Assembly: GCF_963921235.1 (NCBI RefSeq)
Contig: NC_086097.1
Coordinates: 161,698,001-161,762,000 of the forward strand
Origin: Mobula hypostoma
Lineage: Eukaryota
Direction: 5' to 3'
Length of the DNA: 64,000 bases
A program made the translations under genes and the position numbers. Below, piece by piece: positions 1 through 11,129 of this stretch. Under the pieces are notes generated by a model, which was given only the letters and a program-made list of their open reading frames with translations, ran no database searches and had not been told where the DNA came from. Numbering within the stretch: position 1 is the stretch's first letter; each line of letters begins with the position of its first letter.

Positions 1-20
1 CATGGATTAAAGTCCATTAA

Positions 21-136
21 TTGTCTTGTGTTTCTGTGATATCATTCTGGAGGAACATTGTATCATTTCTTAATGCATGCATTACTAAATGACAATCAAA
101 GAGGACTGCGTGTCCTCATAATCTAATCTAATCTAA
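21..136 (+). mobile_element. 3' end of a short non-autonomous retroelement, same family as 35977-36613
   Basis: ttgtcttgtgtttctgtgatatcattctggagga...gaggactgcgtgtcctcataatc recurs at ~36520-36606; ends in an (atcta)n tail. Confidence 0.7.
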
Positions 137-179
137 ATGTGATTGAAGTCAAAAGCCTATAGAAACTAGAGATGTAATA

Positions 180-870
180 AAGTATTTATTAACAAAGTAC
201 ATATATGCCACCATATACAACCCCGAGATTCATTTTCTTGCAGGCATACTTAATAAATCTATAATAGAATAATAACTAGAATAGAATCAATAAAGGACTG
301 CTCCAATTTGGGCATTCAGCCAGTGTGCAAAAGACAACAAACTGTATAAATACAAAAAGAAATAAATAATAATAATAATTAAGCAATAAATATCAAGAAC
401 ATGAGATGAAGAGTCCCTGAAAGTGAGATCAAAGGTTGTGGGAACATCTCAGTGATGGGGCAAGTGAAGTTCAGGGAAGTTATCCCCTTTGGTTCAAGAA
501 CCTGGTAGTTGAGAGGTAATAACTGTTCCTGAACCTGGTGGTGTGAGTCCTGAGGCTCCTGTGCTTTCTTCCTGATTGCAACAGCAAAAAGAGAGCATGA
601 CCTTGGTGGTGGGGCTCCCTGATAATGGATGCTGCTTTCCTGCGACAATGTTCCGTGTAGATGCTCTCAATGGTGGGGAAGGCTTTACTTGTGGTGGGGA
701 AGGCTTTACCTGTGATGGAGAGGGCCATAGCCACGACTTTTTGTTGGATTTCCCATTCAAGGACGTTGGTGTTTCCATACCAGGCTGTGATGCAGCAAGT
801 CAATATACTGTCCAAGTTTGTCATAGTTTTAGATGTCATGCCAAATCTTCACAAACTCCTCAGAAAGCAG
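180..870 (-). mobile_element. Rex1/Babar-type LINE, decayed 3' fragment (ORF C-terminus and 3' UTR)
   Basis: ORF 480-839 SILTCCITAWYGN...RKAASIIREPHHQGHALF...SGRKHRSLRTHTTRFRNSY; related copies near 16.1-16.4, 35.2-35.6, 43.1 and 60.5 kb. Confidence 0.8.
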
Positions 871-1019
871 AGGTGTTACAATAGTGAGTTCATCACAGAT
901 TGGATAATGGAAATTAAGAAAATTTTGTCTCTTTATAAATGCTATTCACACTAAAAATATGAGTAATTGTAACATTACTACAAATTTACATTTTTTTTTA
1001 CAAATAAAAAGACTTCATC

Positions 1020-2560
1020 ACTGTGGATGTAAGTGCTACTGGGCAACAGTCATTTAGGCAGGTTACATCACTCTCCTTGGGCACAGTATGATTGAAGCCT
1101 GCTGGAAGTAGGTGGGTACCACACACTGCCGAAGCAAGAGGTTGAAGATATCGGTGAACACACCAACCAGTTGGTCAGCGCAGGTCTTCAATACTCGACC
1201 AGGTACTCTATCTGGACAGGATGCTTTCCTTGGATTCATTCTCTTGAAGGCAGCCCAAAAGTCATCTACAGATACTGTGACCAAGGGATCACTGGGGGGC
1301 ATGGGGGTGTGTGATGGTTCCTCCTGTTCTGGTGGTCAAAGTGAGCATAGAAGGCATTGAGCTCACCTGGAAGAGAAGTTCTGCTGTCCCCTATGTTGCG
1401 AGATTTAACTTTGTAGGAGGTTGTGGCATTCGAACCCTGCCACAGCTATCAAGCATCCCTCATTGATTCCAGTCTTGTCCGGAATCTCCACTTCACTCCT
1501 GAGACGGCTTTCTAGAGATAATACCTGCACCTCTTATAGCATTCTTGAACGCCTCTGATCTAGCTCTCAGCAAGTTCCGGGTTTATTGTTCATGCGGGGT
1601 TTCTGATTGGGGTAAACCCTGAATGATTTTGTGGGGACACACTCATCCACAGCTGTTTTAATAAAGTCCGTTACAACCCTGGCATAATCATTCAGGTCCC
1701 CAGATGAGTTCTTGAACACGGCCCAGTCCACTGTCTCAAGACAATCATGTAATTGTTCCTCTGCCTCCCACAAACACCTCTGAGTTGTCTTGATCTTTGG
1801 AGCCTTGTATGTATGCAGGTAGCAGGAATACAGCCAAATGGTCTGATTTGCCAAGATGTGGTCTCAGAAAGGAATGATAGGCAATCCTTATCATAGTGTA
1901 GCAATGGTCTAGTGTGTTGGGACCTCTGGTGCAATAGGTTATGTGCTGGCAAAAATTGGGCAAGGTTTTCCTCAAACAGGCCTGGTTAAAGTAACCAACT
2001 ATAATTTAAAATGTGTCAGGATGAGCTGTTTCTTGCCTGCAGACAACATTGTGCAGTTTTGTGAGTGCTTGTTTATAATCAGCTGCTGGTGGTATACTAA
2101 CTGCAGTCAGGATCACAGATGAGAACTCACAAGGCAAAAAGAATGGTCTAGATTTAATTGTTAGGTGTTCTAAGTCAGGGGAACAAAATGTCAACATAAC
2201 TCCGACGTCCGAATGCCAAAGAGAATTGACTAAAAAGCAGACACTGCCTCCATTTTCCTTACCAGAGTACATGGTTCAATCCATTCTGAAAATCATAAAA
2301 CCTTTGTATCACTGCATCCAGAGTATTTGCCATTAACCAAGTTTCATTGCAACAAACAATTGAGATCTGCCTCATCTGCCTCTGATACAGCAGCCTTGGC
2401 CTGAGATCGTTAATCTTATTTTCCAATGACTGCACATTCACTAACAAGATGCTGCATAGAGGAGGCCTCATCCCTCTGCACTTCAGCCTGGTTTGAATTC
2501 TGCCTCTTCTGCCATGTTTTTGCCCATAGCATTGACCCTTACAGGTGCTGTGCTCCTGCT
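1020..2560 (-). mobile_element. Rex1/Babar-type LINE, APE endonuclease to start of RT, frameshifted
   Basis: Fragments LLVNVQSLENK, CCNETWL, GGSVCFLVN, SPDLEHL, TRGPNTLDHCY, HLGKSDH, RKASCPDRVPGRVLKTCADQL in collinear order. Confidence 0.85.
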
Positions 2561-2868
2561 GCTAATGGAGCTCATGACTGTTCTGAAACAGTTAAATTTG
2601 TTTTTCTTTCCATAATTCTCCGGCCTGAAGAATGTTCTCAACATTTTCTCCTTATTTCACATTTCAAGCATCAGCATTAAAACAAATCATTTACTGATGA
2701 GTTTTATCTGCTTGACTGATTTTGTTTCATATCATTAGATTAGACCATAAGACAAAGGGACAGAATTTGACTATTCAGCCCATTGGGTCTGTTCCACCAA
2801 TTTTGAAAGATTCTGTGTTTATTTCCAGGGAAAATGCAACTATTAATACAAACAGTACATATGCTTAC

Positions 2869-2906
2869 AATTGTAATTTTGGTTCATCGGATAATTTAAA
2901 AAATAG
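2869..2906 (-). CDS. Candidate internal coding exon (38 nt, LFFKLSDEPKLQ) of an unidentified host gene
   Basis: Minus strand tatatgcag|CTATTT...CAATT|gtaagc; in frame with exon 3018-3050; lies in sequence I do not recognise as repetitive. Confidence 0.65.
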
Positions 2907-3017
2907 CTGCATATAAGTTATAAATACAATTCTTTCCTTCTTTTGCACAAATCCTTATGATTATCCTGCCAACATCTAGTTATCCTTATAGTTGAAATAA
3001 AATAAAACAAAATTAAC

Positions 3018-3050
3018 CTCCATGGCGCGAGAATTCTGGCAGTGGCCAAT
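3018..3050 (-). CDS. Candidate internal coding exon (33 nt, IGHCQNSRAME) of an unidentified host gene
   Basis: Minus strand atatttcacag|ATTGGC...ATGGAG|gttaat; GC-richer patch in AT-rich DNA; 111-nt intron to the next exon. Confidence 0.65.
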
Positions 3051-3183
3051 CTGTGAAATATTATTGACAAATGGCCAAACAAGCACAGTTCGTTTCAGTA
3101 TTTTATTTCCATTTTAATTACATAGCTTTCTATGATTCAAAACCTGCCATTTTCTATGTAATGTTATAGATCTGACAAACTAC

Positions 3184-3260
3184 CTGGGCATAAGTTGCTC
3201 CTTGATTAGGCTTATCAATGTGAAATCCTACACTTTGCCAAATATGTTTATGAGTGAAGT
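3184..3260 (-). CDS. Candidate internal coding exon (77 nt, xFTHKHIWQSVGFHIDKPNQGATYAQ) of an unidentified host gene
   Basis: Minus strand cttaatattag|ACTTC...GCCCAG|gtagtt; open frame, phase 1 in and phase 0 out; a weaker alternative acceptor would start the exon at 3227 in the same frame. Confidence 0.55.
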
Positions 3261-3639
3261 CTAATATTAAGTATATTAAACATTTTATTAAAAGAAACAA
3301 TTTCTCTCCTATTGTCAGGGGAACACAAATCTGTTCTTAGCTTCTGACTTGGAATACTCTCTGTCATTCAGGCTGCGTAAGTCAAACATACAGATCATCT
3401 CTACTCCTAACTCAATCCATGTGTTGATGAAAACTTAATCCTTGCCATTTAATTTTAATTTATTCCAGTACCACTCTGATATCCTGTGCTCTCCCCAGAT
3501 TTCAGCTAAATCATGCATCTGATGTCTCTGTTCTCTCCTGCCTTTTGACTCCACTTCTTTAATGCTTGGATTTTAAGTTCTCACCCTCCTGTTTAATACA
3601 AAACCAAACAGTGGATGGATTCTGGTAATCGGAAATATA

Positions 3640-4145
3640 AAGCTGTGCGTAGACAATAAGAAGGATGCAGAGTGGCTTTCAGAGGATGTTAAGTGAATGG
3701 ACAAGGACACAACAGATGGAAAATAATGTGGTAAAATGTGAGGTATTAGATCGAAAGGTGTTGATGCTTAAAGCAACCTGGGTGTCATTGTATATCACTG
3801 AATGTTGACATGTGTGTTCAGCTAAGAATCATAAAGGCATACAGTATGTCCAGCTTTATTGCAAAAGGATATAAGTAGAGAAATCTTGTTCCAAATATAC
3901 AGAACCCCAGTAAGAACACTTCTGAAATATTGTGTATTATTGTGAATATGATGGCATATTCTCTGGTCCCTCAATCTGAGGAACAATATTCTGACAATGG
4001 AGGGAGTACAGAAAAGGTTCGCAAGATTACTTAGCGAGGCTGTGAGTTTGTGATGTGAAATGGGACTTAAAAAAACTGGGGCAACACTCTCTTGGGGTTA
4101 GGAGAATAAATGACTGTCTCATTTGAAATGTACAAAATTCTTCCA
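3640..4145 (+). mobile_element. Highly decayed CR1 LINE 3' region
   Basis: Residual similarity to the intact CR1 ORF at 28482-29540 (aatgtggtaaaatgtgaggt, tggagggagtacagaaaaggttc). Confidence 0.6.
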
Positions 4146-5470
4146 TCTTTTAAAGGGAAAATATATCTAATTAAATATGTCTAATTATTGGTTCTCCTCC
4201 AAGTCAGGGTAAGGTTATTCTACAATAGGGATTATCATGTTTTTTATTCAGATTTTTTGTTCCTTGTCACTGCCGTAGTTGACAGACAATTGGTAGCTCA
4301 CTAAGCTCAGCATAAATAAATAAACTCAGTTTTCTCTTTTTGTTATAAAAAACAATAAGACAAAAACGTTCCTGAACTGTTCACATCAGGTAGAATAGAT
4401 CTGTAATCCTTTTTTCAAAAAAAAACAGGGCATGCTGGGAGCTGGTGGGGATGAGGGAAGTAAGCTCAAGATGGAAAGTCGAACAATAGTGTGCAAAGAA
4501 GGAAAATACGAAATAAAAGACAACTGTTAACTCTCAGATCGAAATCTGGAATGAATAGTGCAAAATATTACATTTCTTTGCTGCAAACACATTAATGATA
4601 AAGGTAAACAGGCCAATCTTAATCAGTGTTGAAGAAGTTCCTATGTATAGTAAATGAGAAATTTGCTGAGCCCCAGAGAAATTTAGTGGCAAAACATTTC
4701 AGAAATTCATTTATTTGTTGAGGAATTACTTTTAATCTAAAAAAGATTTAAGTTCATGTGTGGTTACCAAAATATAAAACAGTGGCAAGATATGTGGTCA
4801 AGCTGAGGAAAAGTATCACAAGTCTGTAATTATGGCAGAAGTCAGTGTATAAGATTCATTTTGATAGGTTTCGAAGATGATTGTTATCATTATATTAACT
4901 TTGAAAATTGACAAAGCAGGGGATAGTAGTTGCAAGGGAAACCATGGACTGGTTGCACAGGAGGCAAACTGCAAAATACCTTGTTCCAAAGTAAACCGAA
5001 CATCACTTTCAAAAGGGTATTACTGCTGTTGGAGGGGAACACATTCCACCACAATGCTGGTTCAAACAAGACCACTGTTACATTTGTGGTTTAAAAGGCA
5101 TGTGGTGGTTTAAAATAGATACTAATATTGAACAAGAAGTGGAGTCCTGCACCAAGTATCAGAGAAATATGGATGTATCTGGCTGTACTCCTTGCATTCT
5201 TAGAAAAGCCTGACCAGCCGTAGAGTATGCTAAATCAGAATCAGGTTCATTATCACTGACATGCAGTATGTTGTGAAATTGGTTATTTCGCGGCAGAGTA
5301 CAGTGCAAGCTGTAAATGTTACCTAAGAGCAGAATTAAGCATTCAACTCACCAAGACTACTCTAACGTTCAATCTTGGCTGATTTATTATCCCTTTCAAC
5401 TCCATTCTCCTACCTTCTCCCCGCAACGTTTGACGTACTGACAAATCAAGAACCTATTAACCTCCGCTCT

Positions 5471-5891
5471 TTTGAGTTAGTGGTGGAGAGGAAGTCACTA
5501 AAAAACTGTTATCCGTAATGGACAATCTGGCACATCCTCTCCATGACCTACTGAATAAGCAGTGGAGCACCCTTTCGAACAGACTCATTCAGCTCCGCTG
5601 TCACAAGGATCGTTACAGAAAATCTTTCCTACCAAATGCAATAAGCATATACAACAGTTCATCTCTGTGCAATAGAACACACATCATAGCACAATAGTAC
5701 TATTAGTACTATTTTATTATTTCATAAGTTATTATTGCACATTATTACACATTGGTAAATTGTTATTGTGTATATTATTATTCTGTACTTTATTATTAGT
5801 TAAGTCTGCACACTGCTAAGTGTGTTTTTAAGTGTTGCTGCTGTAACAAAAGAATTTCCCACTCAGGATCAATACAGTACTTATTATTATT
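5471..5891 (+). mobile_element. Short 5'-truncated Rex1/Babar-type 3' end inserted in CR1
   Basis: Splits CR1 aacctccgct|taaatatacc; encodes HPLHD...RLIQLRCHKDRYRKSFLPNAI; ends atcaatacagtacttattattat. Confidence 0.7.
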
Positions 5892-8377
5892 AAATATACC
5901 CGATGATTTGGCCTCTATAACCATCTATGGCAATGAATTCCACAGATTCACTACCCTCTGGTCAAAGAAATTCCTCCTCATCTCTGTTCTAAATGGAATT
6001 CCCTCTATCTTGAGGCTGTATTCTCTGGTCCTAGACTTCTCCCGCTGTAGAAAACAGCCTCACCATGTCCACTCTATCTAGCCCTTTTAATATTCAATAG
6101 GGTTCAATGAGATCTCCCCCTTCATTCTTCTGAACACCATCAAGTACAGGCTTAGAGCCATTGAACGCTCCTCAGACATTAACCCTTTCATTCCTGACAT
6201 CATTCTTCTCTGGACCTTCTCCAGTGCTTTAGGTGTGGTCTGACCAATGCCTTATAAAGCCTCAGCATTACATCCTTGTTTTTATATGTTAGTCCTCTTG
6301 AAATTAATGTTAACATTGTATTTGCTTTCCTTAACACTAACCCAAATGGCAGGTTAACCTATAGAGAATCCTGCATAAGAGCATGACCATAATTTCCCTA
6401 TATTCCATTCGCACTTCTTTGCCCATTTTTCCCATCTGTCTAAGTCTTTCGGTAGACTCCCTGCTTCCTCAACACTACCTGCCTCTCCACCTATCTTCGT
6501 AGCATCCACAAACTTGGCCACAAAGCCATCAACTGCATCATCCAAAACACTGACATATAATGTGAAAAGAAGCAGTCCCAACACTGACCCCTGTGGAACA
6601 CCACTGGTCATCAGCAGCCAGCCAGAAAAGGCTCCTTTATTTCCACTCTTCGCCTCCTTGCAATCAACCAATCTTTGATCTATACTAGTATCTTTGTTAT
6701 ACGATGGGTTCTTATCTTGTTAAGCAGCGTCATGTGTGGCACCTTTTCAAAGGCCTTCTGAAAATCCAAGTATACTGCATCCACTGACTCTCCTTTGTCT
6801 ATCTTGTTTGTTATTTCCTCAAAGAATTCTAACAGATTTGGCAGGCAAGATTTCCCTTTAAGGAAACCATGTTGACTTTGGCCTATTTTATCATGTGTCT
6901 CCAAGTATTCTGAAACCTTATCCCTAATAAAGGACTCCAACGTATTTCCAACCACTGTATTCAAACTAACTGGCCTATAGTTTCCTTTCTTCTGCTTCCC
7001 TTCCTTTTTAAGGAATGGAGTGATATTTGCAATTTTGTCCTCTGGAACCATTCCACAGTCTAGTGATTCTTGAAAGATCATTACCAATTCCCCCACAATC
7101 ACTTCAGCTACATCTTTGAGGACCCTGGGTGTAGTCCATCTAGTCCAGGTGACTTATCTACCTTCAGACCTTTCAGCTTCCAAAGTACCTTCTCCTTAGT
7201 AATAGCAACCACACTCACTTCTGCCCCAATACTCTTGATATTTTAGCATACTGCTAGTGTCTTTCAAAATAACGACTGACACAAAATACTTATTAAATTC
7301 ATCCACAATTTATTTGTCCCCTATTCCTACCTCTTCAGCATCTTTTTCCAGTGGTCTGATATCCACTCTTTTCTCTTTATATATCTGAAAAAAAAGTGTG
7401 GTACTCTTTTATATTATTGTCTAGCTCACCTTCATACTTCATAATTTCTCTCCTAATGGCTTTTTGAGTTGCTTTCTGTTGATTTTTAAAAGCTTCCCAA
7501 TCCTCTAACTTCCCACTAATTTTTGCTATATTATATGCTTTCTCTTTTACTTCTATGCTGTCTTCGACTTCCTTTGTAGCCACAGTTGCGCTTCCAACCT
7601 GTAGAATACTTTTTCATCTTTGGGTTGCATCTATCCTGTGCCTTCTGAATTGCTCCTAGAAACTCCAACCATTGCTGCCTGCCGTCATCCCTGCTAATGT
7701 TTTGACTTCCGTTTTTACCAGCAGAGTCACCCCACCCCGCTTCTGCCTACCTGTTTGTCTTTTTGATACAAACTTTATCTTCGAATGCTAAGCTCCCAAT
7801 TATGATCTTCCTTCAGCAATGACTCAATGATACCCACATCACACCCGCCAATCTCTAGATATACTACAAGATCATCTAATCTTATTCTGTATACTTTGTG
7901 CATTCAAATATAACATCTTCAGTCCTGTATTCATCACCCTCTTCAGTTTTGCACCCATGTTACATTCCAAATCATCCTACTGACTGCAATTTTTCCCTAA
8001 CATCTACCTGTCTTTCCTTACAGTGTCACTATACACTGCATCTATTTGTTTACCAATTCTCCCTTCCTCAGTCCTATTACACCAGTTCTGTTCCCCCTGC
8101 CAAGTGAGTTTAAACCCTCTCCAGCAGCTCCAGCAATTCAGCCCACAAGGATATTGGTCCCTCTCAGGTTCAGGTGTAACCATCTCTTTTTTACAGGTCG
8201 TACCTTCCCCAGAAGTGATCTCAGTGATCCAGAAACATGAAACCCTTCCCCCTGCACCAATTCATCTACCACACATACATCTGCCAAATCACCTTATTCT
8301 TACCCTCACTGTCCGTGACACAGGCAGCAATACAAACATTACTACTCTGGAGGTCCTGCTGTTCAGCTTACTATCTA

Positions 8378-8564
8378 CAGTGTAACATTGGATCATTTTT
8401 CTCCATAAACAAAAGAACAAGTATAGTGTTTTTGTGTTATTTATTTAATTGGGTTCTCTTTATCTAGTTTTGGAACCTACAAGATCTGATCACATTTTAG
8501 GTGATCAGAAAAATGCAGAAATAGAGAAAATTTTACAGGGTTCACAAACTTTCTAGCACCGCTG
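8378..8564. mobile_element. Tc1/mariner remnant with TA target duplication
   Basis: TA|cagtg...aaactttctagcaccgctg|TA interrupting CR1 sequence ctatcTA...actccct. Confidence 0.75.
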
Positions 8565-8985
8565 TAACTCCCTATATATTCTCTCTTCAGGATCTCCTCC
8601 CATTCCCAATATGTATCATGACTTCTTGCAGTTCACCCTCCCCCTTTCAAATGCTGTGTACCTGATCCAAGACATCCATGACCCTAGCCCCTGACAGGCA
8701 AAATGTTTTCATTATTGAAAATCTTACATTGATCCTTAATTCAATGTTGACTGCTCTGCTTTGTTTGCTGATATGCATTGTATCCAGGAGCTTTCTCTAA
8801 TTAGAGGTAATTGGTTTTCAATTTTTCAGCATCTGCTATAGTAAGTCTGATGACCTGCTTCTCTGAAAGAGTTTCCTGTCCTGTGCTGCACATCCTGTTT
8901 ACAGACTTCTGATTTAAAGACTCATGGGACCTTCTGATGGATACCCAATATGCAAAGGCTCTTTGAAAAATGGGTGGTTCTATAA

Positions 8986-9185
8986 CAACACACACATCAC
9001 ACTGGAGGAACTCAGCAGGTCCGGCAGCATCAGTGGAAACGATGAGTCGATGTTTTGGGCTGGAACCCTGACGAAGGGTTCCGGCCCGAAACATCGACTC
9101 ATCGTTTCCACTGATGCTGCCCGACCTGCTGAGTTCCTCCAGCGTGCTGTGTGTGTTGCTTTGATCCCCGCATCTGCAGGTTATT
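8986..9185. mobile_element. Foldback element derived from a Penelope-like terminus, hammerhead core at the apex
   Basis: 84-nt inverted arms 8986-9069 and 9075-9158 with 5 mismatches; CTGACGA-a-GGG..CCC-GAAAC at 9068-9092; arms match the PLE terminus at 46900-46995. Confidence 0.8.
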
Positions 9186-9609
9186 TTGTGTTTATGGTTC
9201 TGTAACAAACTGTCAAGAGCCCCAAATACCAAGCACAACAAACAGAATGTTTCTTAAAACTGATGGAATAAATCACATTGTTAACTGAGTTGCCTGATTG
9301 GTATGGTTAAACTAACATATTTTTCTATTTCAAAAAAATTCATTCTAATACATGGATTATATTACTAGATTTAAGATTGTGGACTAATAATCGATAGTAT
9401 ATACTTTAATTCTCATGGTAGTATATAGATCATATGAATTTTGCTATGCCACGTGGATATGAAGGATACTTATGTGCTGAAAAATATCTTGAGGGCATAG
9501 TAATGAAGTTCAAAAATATCTACATAAACACAGTTATATTGGAAATTATTGGCTTTGGTGTAAATAGGAAAATGCACCATAATATTTAATCCATTTTAAA
9601 TTAATTCCA

Positions 9610-10590
9610 TAATCAGGTTTATTATCACTGAAATATGTTGTGAAATTTGTTGGTTTGTGGCAGTACAGCGAAAGATAAAAAAAATGACTACAGGTTACAA
9701 TAATAAATAAATAAATAGTGCAAAAGAGCAATAGGGAGGCAGTATTCATGGGACTGTTCAGAAATCTGACAATGGAGGCAAAGAGGTTGTTCCCAATGCA
9801 TTGAGTACTGCACTTTTTTAGGATCCTGTGCCTCCTTGATGGTAGTAACGAGAAGAGGGCTTCTCCCAGATGTTGGGGGTCTTTAATGAGGGATGCCATC
9901 TTCTTGAGGCACCACCTTTAGAAGATGTCCTCAATGGTAGTCAGGGAGGTCTGTGCCCATGATGGAGCTAGCTGAGTTGACAACCTTCTGCAGCCTATTT
10001 TGATCCTGTACATTGGAGCCTCCACACTACTCAGATACTCTCATTGTGCATCTGTAGAAATTTGCCGGACATATCAAATCTCCACAAACTCCTAATGAAA
10101 TAGAGCTACTGGTGTGCTTTTTTCATGACTGTATCAATCTGTTGGGCTGACAATAGATCCTCTGAGATTTGACACTGCTTATCCTTTCCGTCACCGACCT
10201 CTCAAGGAGGACTGGTGTGTGTTCTCCTGACTTCTCCTTGCTAAAGTACACAATCAATTCATTGCTTTTGCTGTCACAAGATATATCAGATATATCACAA
10301 ACTCTTACTGAGGTAAGTGCATCACCACTCAAGCAGCTGATAAATCTCACTCCTGTATGCCTCCATGTAGCTATCTGAGATTCTGCCAACAACAGCAGTG
10401 TCATCAGCAAATTTATAGACAGTGTTTGAACTGTGCCTAGCCACACAGTTTTGAGTGTAGGGAAAGTAGAGCAGTCAGCTAAATGCACATTCTTGAGTTG
10501 CACCTGGTTTGATTGTCAGTGAGAAGTCGTTATTATCAATCTGCACTGACTTTGGTTTCCTGATTAAGAAGTCAAGAATCCAGTTTTGAC
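9610..10590 (-). mobile_element. Rex1/Babar-type LINE, decayed RT to 3' UTR
   Basis: GATQEC, tgtcatcagcaaattt (FADD on the minus strand), SLIKDPQHLGEALFSLLPS. Confidence 0.75.
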
Positions 10591-10699
10591 TGCTAGCTAT
10601 CTGCTCATAGACATAGACATACTTTGTTGATCCCGAGGCCTGAATGTTATCTAGATATTGTTGCATGTAGGCATAAGTCAGTGAATTTAGTCAGGAGTT

Positions 10700-11100
10700 G
10701 TGAATAAACTGGGGTCATGGACTGGCTGGAGTTTAGAAGAATTAGTGGGGGGGAACCTTTTTGAAGCTAGTTGAATATTAAAAGGCCGGAATATTAAAAG
10801 GCGTGGAGAGGATGTTTCCTACAAGCATGTCCCTTTATAAAAAAGATAAGGAGGAATCTCTTTAACTAGAGGGTATGAATCTGTGAATTCATTGTTGCAT
10901 CTCGCTGTGGAGGCCTAGACATTTGGTATATAGTGTATAAAGCGAAGGTTGATAGGTTGTTGAATAGTAAGGGCATTAAAGAATACAGGGAGAAGGCAGG
11001 AGAATAGGGTTGAGAAGGATAATAAATCAGTCATGATGGAATGGTGTAGATTTAATGGGCTAAACAGCCAATTCTTCTCCTAAGTCTTATGGTTTAACGG
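10700..11100 (+). mobile_element. CR1 3' fragment
   Basis: ctggagtttagaaga...aatgggctaaacagccaattcttctcctaagtcttatgg resembles the other CR1 3' ends in the window. Confidence 0.7.
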
Positions 11101-11129
11101 TCTAACATTGAGCAATAAGCATCTCAGCT

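Larger units (their letters stand above)
5325..8700 (-). mobile_element. CR1 LINE, long decayed copy (ORF1 tail, partial APE, RT, 3' UTR)
   Basis: ORFs with GNYRPVSL, QHGFLKGKSCLPNLLEFFE, VYLDFQKAF, SGVPQGSVLG; interrupted at ~5471-5891 and 8378-8564. Confidence 0.9.

Noticed and set aside
671..714. 21-bp tandem duplication
   Set aside because: Ordinary local duplication in a dead LINE
2533..2625. Possible fourth minus-strand exon (cttcag|GCCGGAG...CACCT|gtaagg), in frame with 2869-2906
   Set aside because: Abuts or overlaps the 5' part of the Rex-type LINE, so it cannot be separated from repeat sequence; unresolved without RNA-seq
8801..9241. Overlapping ORFs on both strands with near-identical peptides
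   Set aside because: Artefact of the palindromic element at 8986-9158
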